A DNA stretch of 63,810 nucleotides from Paraspadella gotoi (taxonomy: Eukaryota > Animalia > Chaetognatha), in contig CM119266.1 in the NCBI GenBank assembly GCA_051294375.1, positions 6,341,431-6,405,240 on the forward strand. Direction: 5' to 3'. The notes beneath the pieces were generated by a model, which was not told the origin of the DNA, made no database searches, and saw nothing but the letters and a program-made list of their open reading frames with translations. The position numbers were made by a program, and so were the translations under genes. This document shows, piece by piece, positions 59,115-63,810 of the stretch; position 1 is the first letter of the stretch; each line of letters starts with the position of its first letter.

Positions 59115-60529
59115 ACTCTCTCCCCTTTCTTCAACTCGCTCTCCATCTTTCAAAGTTAATTTTCTTTCAGGTCAAACCCTCCATCTTCTTCTTTTTCTAC
59201 TCAAAGCAAACATCCCTTTTTTTTTTGCGGACAGATTCTGATCCAACTATCCAACCAAATCAATCATATGATCCATCCGTACTTTTTGTTGCTATCCAAC
59301 TCGTAGTAGGCGATATAAACAAATCAATCATCTGATTCAAATATCTTAATCCGGAACCAACTCATTCTCTGGTTCCAACCATCCTGATTCCCTAATCAAT
59401 CATCTCCTCAAAAAATATTATTAATATGGATAATTGGATATCCAACAATCTTAAGAACCAGCTATTCTCAACTATCTAACCAATTTTTTTACCATCATGC
59501 TTTTTTGTTAAACCAAGTTTGTTAAACCAACTTAGCAATACAACCATTCTAATCTAACCATCAATCTTACAACTAACCCATAACCAATCAGCTGCAATTT
59601 TCGTGTCTCAGCTTTCCTTAGAGAAAAGCCTTCTTTGGTATATTACCCTAAATCGTAATAAAGTATTAATTTGTTTGTTTTGTATCAATAAGTATTAATT
59701 TGCTACGTTGTAACAACAGCCTTCTAGTGCTACTAGTTCAAAAAGTAGAATTACAACTGCGTTTCTAAATCATTGAATAATTTTTGTAAAAGTCAAATCT
59801 TACATTTGAACTCGCACAAAAACCTCACTTCCAATTTTATCCCAATTCTATCTTCCCCCCNNNNNNNNNNNNNNNNNNNNNNNNNNNNNNNNNNNNNNNN
59901 NNNNNNNNTCCATTTCTATCTTCCCGCCTCCTTCTCTCTCTCTCTACTCTCTCTTCTCTCTCTCCGCTCTCTCCTCTCTCTCTCTCTCTCTCAACTCTTC
60001 CATCCCCTTCCTCTCTCCTCCTCTCTCTCTCTCTCTCTTCTCGTCTCTCTCGTCTCTCTCTCTCTCTCCTACTCTCTCTCTCTCTCTATCTCTCTCTCTC
60101 GGCCTTTGGCCTTCGCAACTTGTCAGAACCTCTCTATTTCACTTTTCTATTTTCACTTTTCTCGTCCAGAAACACGTGTGACGTTACTGGGCCGAAGAGA
60201 GGTTTAGGGGCGCAAAGGAGGGGGGGTAGGTGGGGGAGTGGGCGAGAGAGAGGGCAAGAGAGCTTGGGGAAGGGAGCAAGGGGGGCGGAGTGGAGGGAGA
60301 GGCCTAAAAAACCTGAGAATCTGCGAAAGAGATTAAGACATCAAAATCGCACTTGATTAATTCTTAAAAGGAGGAGAACTCCTTGCGTTGTGAAAAGGGG
60401 AGAAAGGGAGAGGAGGAGGGGAGGGAGGGGGTGGAAGAGAGAGGTAAGGGGAAGAGAGGAGAGAAAAGAAAAGTTAGGAATGAGAGAGGATGAAGAAACA
60501 GGAGAGAAAGGTGAAGGACAAAGCGAAAA

Positions 60530-61085
60530 AGAATGAATGAAATTAAAAGGATAATAAAAAAGAACAGTAAAAGAAGAAAAAAAAGTAAAGATAAGGAAAA
60601 GAAAAAAAATAAGAAAAAAAAGAGAAGAATAGATAAAAAAAAAGAGAAAACAGTAATAAAAATAAGAAAAAGAAAAAAGATAAGAAAAGAAAAGAGAGGA
60701 AAAAAAGTTAAGAGAAAGAAAAGAAAAGAGAGGAAAAGAAAAGTTAAGAGAAAGAAAAGAAAATAGAGGAAAAGAAAAATGAAGAGAAAGAAAAGAAAAG
60801 AGAGGAAAAGAAAATTTAAAAGAAAGAAAAGAAAAGAGCGGAAAAGAAAAGTTAAGAGAAAGAAAAGAAAAGAGTTGAAAAGAAAAGTTTAGAGAAAGAA
60901 AAGAAAAAAGAGGAAAAGAAAAGTTAAGAGAAAGGTATGAAAAGAAAATTTAAGAGAAAGAAAAGAAAAGAGAGGAGGACAGATAAGTAAGTAAAGAGAA
61001 GGAAAGAAAAGTTAAGAGAAAGAAAAGAAAAGAGAAGAGAAGAAAAGAAAAGTTGAGAGAAAGAAAAGAAAATAGAGGAGGACAG
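60530..61085. repeat. Purine-rich low-complexity minisatellite (AAGAGAAAGAAAAGAAAAGAGAGGAAAAGAAAAGTT-like units)
   Basis: Read directly; about 36-bp periodicity over 60700-61070. Confidence 0.85.
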
Positions 61086-62509
61086 ATTCTCGTTGATCGA
61101 TGGAAATTTTCTTTATTTTGCTTTTGATTAAAAGCTTTTCACGTCTTCGCCATCGACGTCATCTTGGTCGTCGTTGTCGTCGTCGCCATCGTTGTCGTCG
61201 TCTTCGTCGTCGTCATCATCGTCACCGTCTTTCATTTGTTTCCTTTCACCTATTTTACGTTCACCTATTTTACATTTTCAACTACGAGTTTTTAGGTGCG
61301 CCGCGAGTACTCGCGGAGTAACTCTCTAAGTCACTCTTCGGTAGGTTTGTCTGTCTGTCCGTCGGTCTGCCCCACTTACGTTAAAAATTCTTATATATGT
61401 AACTTGGTTAATGCTTTAAAAATTAAGTTCATATTTGGAATGAAGGTAAGGCTTTTAATGTGCATATATATCATACTTGTGAAGTCACGAGATCACGTTA
61501 AAAATTGATCACATGACCTAAAATTCAATGCAACTATATTTGGTTGCTCTTTTGTTATTTTTGCTGAGCGGGAGAGAACCTCAAATCTAAGCGACTGTTA
61601 GCGACGCCTTTTGTTTTTAAAGAATATGAAGAATAAAAGACGTTTTCCGAATACATGTCGATACGAAAGTCCACAGCGGCGCCACACACATTGGAATCTC
61701 GGTCTCTATTTTTTCTTTCTGTTTATGTTTTTTTGGTCATAAACGAAGTGGAGATTCTCACGGAAGATCGTTTATAACGCTGGTGCCAGGCGACGTCGTC
61801 TTCGTCGTCGTCGTCAACATCATTGGCTTCGTCGTCGTCATCGTCATGTTCGTCGTCGTCGTCGTCGTCGTCGTCGTTAATGCCAATGATATCGTCGTCA
61901 TTATCGTCGTCAGCATCGTCATCGTCGCCCAGCGAGAAAAAAGGCGCGAATGAAGGGCGATTTAAATGGCGAAGGCGGGGAATATTGATTGGGGATTGAA
62001 TGGGGATTGATGGGGGATTGATTGTTGACTGGAGATTGAAAGTAGATTAACAGGAGAATGAAACAAAAAAAACAAAGAAAAAATAGAGTTAAATTAACCC
62101 CAATGTACAAATGCGCAATTGTTCAGCGAGTAAATTTAACAATTTCATTCCTTTCATACCGCAAAGTAAATTAGCAAAGAACAATAAATTGATTTCCTGG
62201 TCAGCCCGGGCATCGGGCATTGGGCATCGGGCAATTTGTCCGTTGCAAATCGATACCGTTTTTAACTTCAACTTCAAATCACCAAATAAGCGAAAAAACG
62301 AAAATCGTGATTTTTGACCAAAATCCGTCACGTGACCTGATCGCCCTCTCCTTCTTCCCAACCTTCTCCCCCTCCTCCTCTTCCTCCTCCTCTTCCTCCT
62401 CCTCTTCCTCCTCCTCCTCCCGTCTCCTCAATCATCGGTCATCTCCAGAAATTGTCCACCAGGTTTTTTCGAATGTAAACAAAATACATCTTCTCTTCCT
62501 CCTCCTCCT

Positions 62510-62888
62510 NNNNNNNNNNNNNNNNNNNNNNNNNNNNNNNNNNNNNNNNNNNNNNNNNNNNNNNNNNNNNNNNNNNNNNNNNNNNNNNNNNNNNNNNNNN
62601 NNNNNNNNNNNNNNNNNNNNNNNNNNNNNNNNNNNNNNNNNNNNNNNNNNNNNNNNNNNNNNNNNNNNNNNNNNNNNNNNNNNNNNNNNNNNNNNNNNNN
62701 NNNNNNNNNNNNNNNNNNNNNNNNNNNNNNNNNNNNNNNNNNNNNNNNNNNNNNNNNNNNNNNNNNNNNNNNNNNNNNNNNNNNNNNNNNNNNNNNNNNN
62801 NNNNNNNNNNNNNNNNNNNNNNNNNNNNNNNNNNNNNNNNNNNNNNNNNNNNNNNNNNNNNNNNNNNNNNNNNNNNNNNNNNNNNNNN
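62510..62888. other. Assembly gap (N-run); other gaps at 30256-30280, 49582-49606 and 59861-59908
   Basis: Runs of N in the sequence. Confidence 0.99.
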
Positions 62889-63292
62889 CCTCTCGCTCTC
62901 TCTCTTTCCCCACAGATTCCACAAACGAGTCAAGAGAGTTATCGAGAAATGAGTGATCGCTTCCGAACGAGAGTCTAGTGTGGGGTTGTGGTGAGTTGAA
63001 AGGGATGTGGGTGAGATGTGGTTGGAGAAATCGAGGTTGTGTGAGATGTGGTGAGTTCAGGCGGGTCGTGGGTGGGATGTGGTGGACGGAGTGGTGAATC
63101 GAATGGAAAATAATGGGATGTGGACTTAAGTTGTGGTTTTCGGCCATAATGCTGGACGGAATAGTGAATATAGTCGTGGGCAAGGTAAGTCGGTCAAAAT
63201 GAGTAGGTCAACCTGGGCCTGGCAGAGGTGAATAAAAAGGTAGCGATTTTTGGTGGTGAAATAAAATAAGAGAGAGAGATAGTAAATAGAAA

Positions 63293-63430
63293 GTGGTTAT
63301 TAACCACTAGTTAAATAGAGCGTGGTTATCAACCACTGGTTAAATAGAGCGTGGTTATCAACCACTGGTTAAATAGAGCGTGGTTATCAACCACTGGTTA
63401 AATAGAGCGTGGTTATCAACCACTGGTTAA
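63293..63430. repeat. 29-bp tandem repeat with an internal palindrome, ~5 copies
   Basis: GTGGTTATCAACCACTGGTTAAATAGAGC starting at 63293, 63322, 63351, 63380 and 63409; GTGGTT-N3-AACCAC dyad in each unit. Confidence 0.92.
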
Positions 63431-63810
63431 TGTCCTTCGTAAAGAACGACTTCGGAAAAGTTGTTGAGGCAAATTTCTCATTTTTCGAATTTTAAAAGAA
63501 AACAGGATGCATCCACTAAAAAGACTGAAACTTAAAAAATAAGGATTTCATTTTTTGTATTTTTTGTATTTTTTTCTCGGTCCGTATGTCTGAAGATGGA
63601 TCCTCTTATTATTAAAGAATTGTCTATCCCATTTTGCATATTTTGTCCTTCCTGGAATATTTCATCGTTAATGATCGTTTAAAAGTTTTTATATTAAATT
63701 TTTAAGCTTTAATTATCTTCACTCCCGCGTTACGCGGAAACTTTTTTTTGTTTATTTGTTATTACATCAAGAGGCTTTCATCGGCCGCGCGTCGTCGTCG
63801 TCGTCGTCGT

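Noticed and set aside
63293-63430. CRISPR-like array (29-bp palindromic repeats)
   Set aside because: Units are head-to-tail with no unique spacers, there are no cas genes, and the context is eukaryotic.

Overview
AT-rich, intron-containing animal (invertebrate) genomic DNA with GC/CpG-rich exons and many (GA)n and (GAC)n microsatellites; not prokaryotic. Gene order: 3' end of androglobin (+, with an antisense intronic tRNA-Ser(GCT)); a cluster of four distinct intronless noggin-family genes with a noggin-like Cys5-Cys6 insertion (4133-4888 -, 9120-9875 +, 16368-17051 -, 49240-49990 +); two small membrane or mucin-like orphan genes; a 7-exon secreted Ser/Glu-rich 22-aa-repeat protein; a divergent fibrinogen-domain gene; and an unusually long Mox/Meox homeobox gene (-). 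Roughly 18 kb looks like long-read gap-fill artefact: a fold-back inversion at ~21660-30255 and a noisy tandem re-copy at ~39656-49480. The most interesting signal is non-coding. Around the noggin-like genes are four independent tandem arrays of an 83-86 bp unit. Each unit carries an exact BMP/Smad composite element (GRCGNC-N5-GTCT) next to CSL/STAT-like, Sox/HMG-like and E-box motifs, and the arrays are flanked by further conserved motif blocks. This may be a repeat-built, multimerised BMP-responsive enhancer system for a noggin-like cluster. One paralog instead has a (TCAAGTG)9 NK2-site array. All regulatory functions are inferred from motif matches read by eye and are untested.
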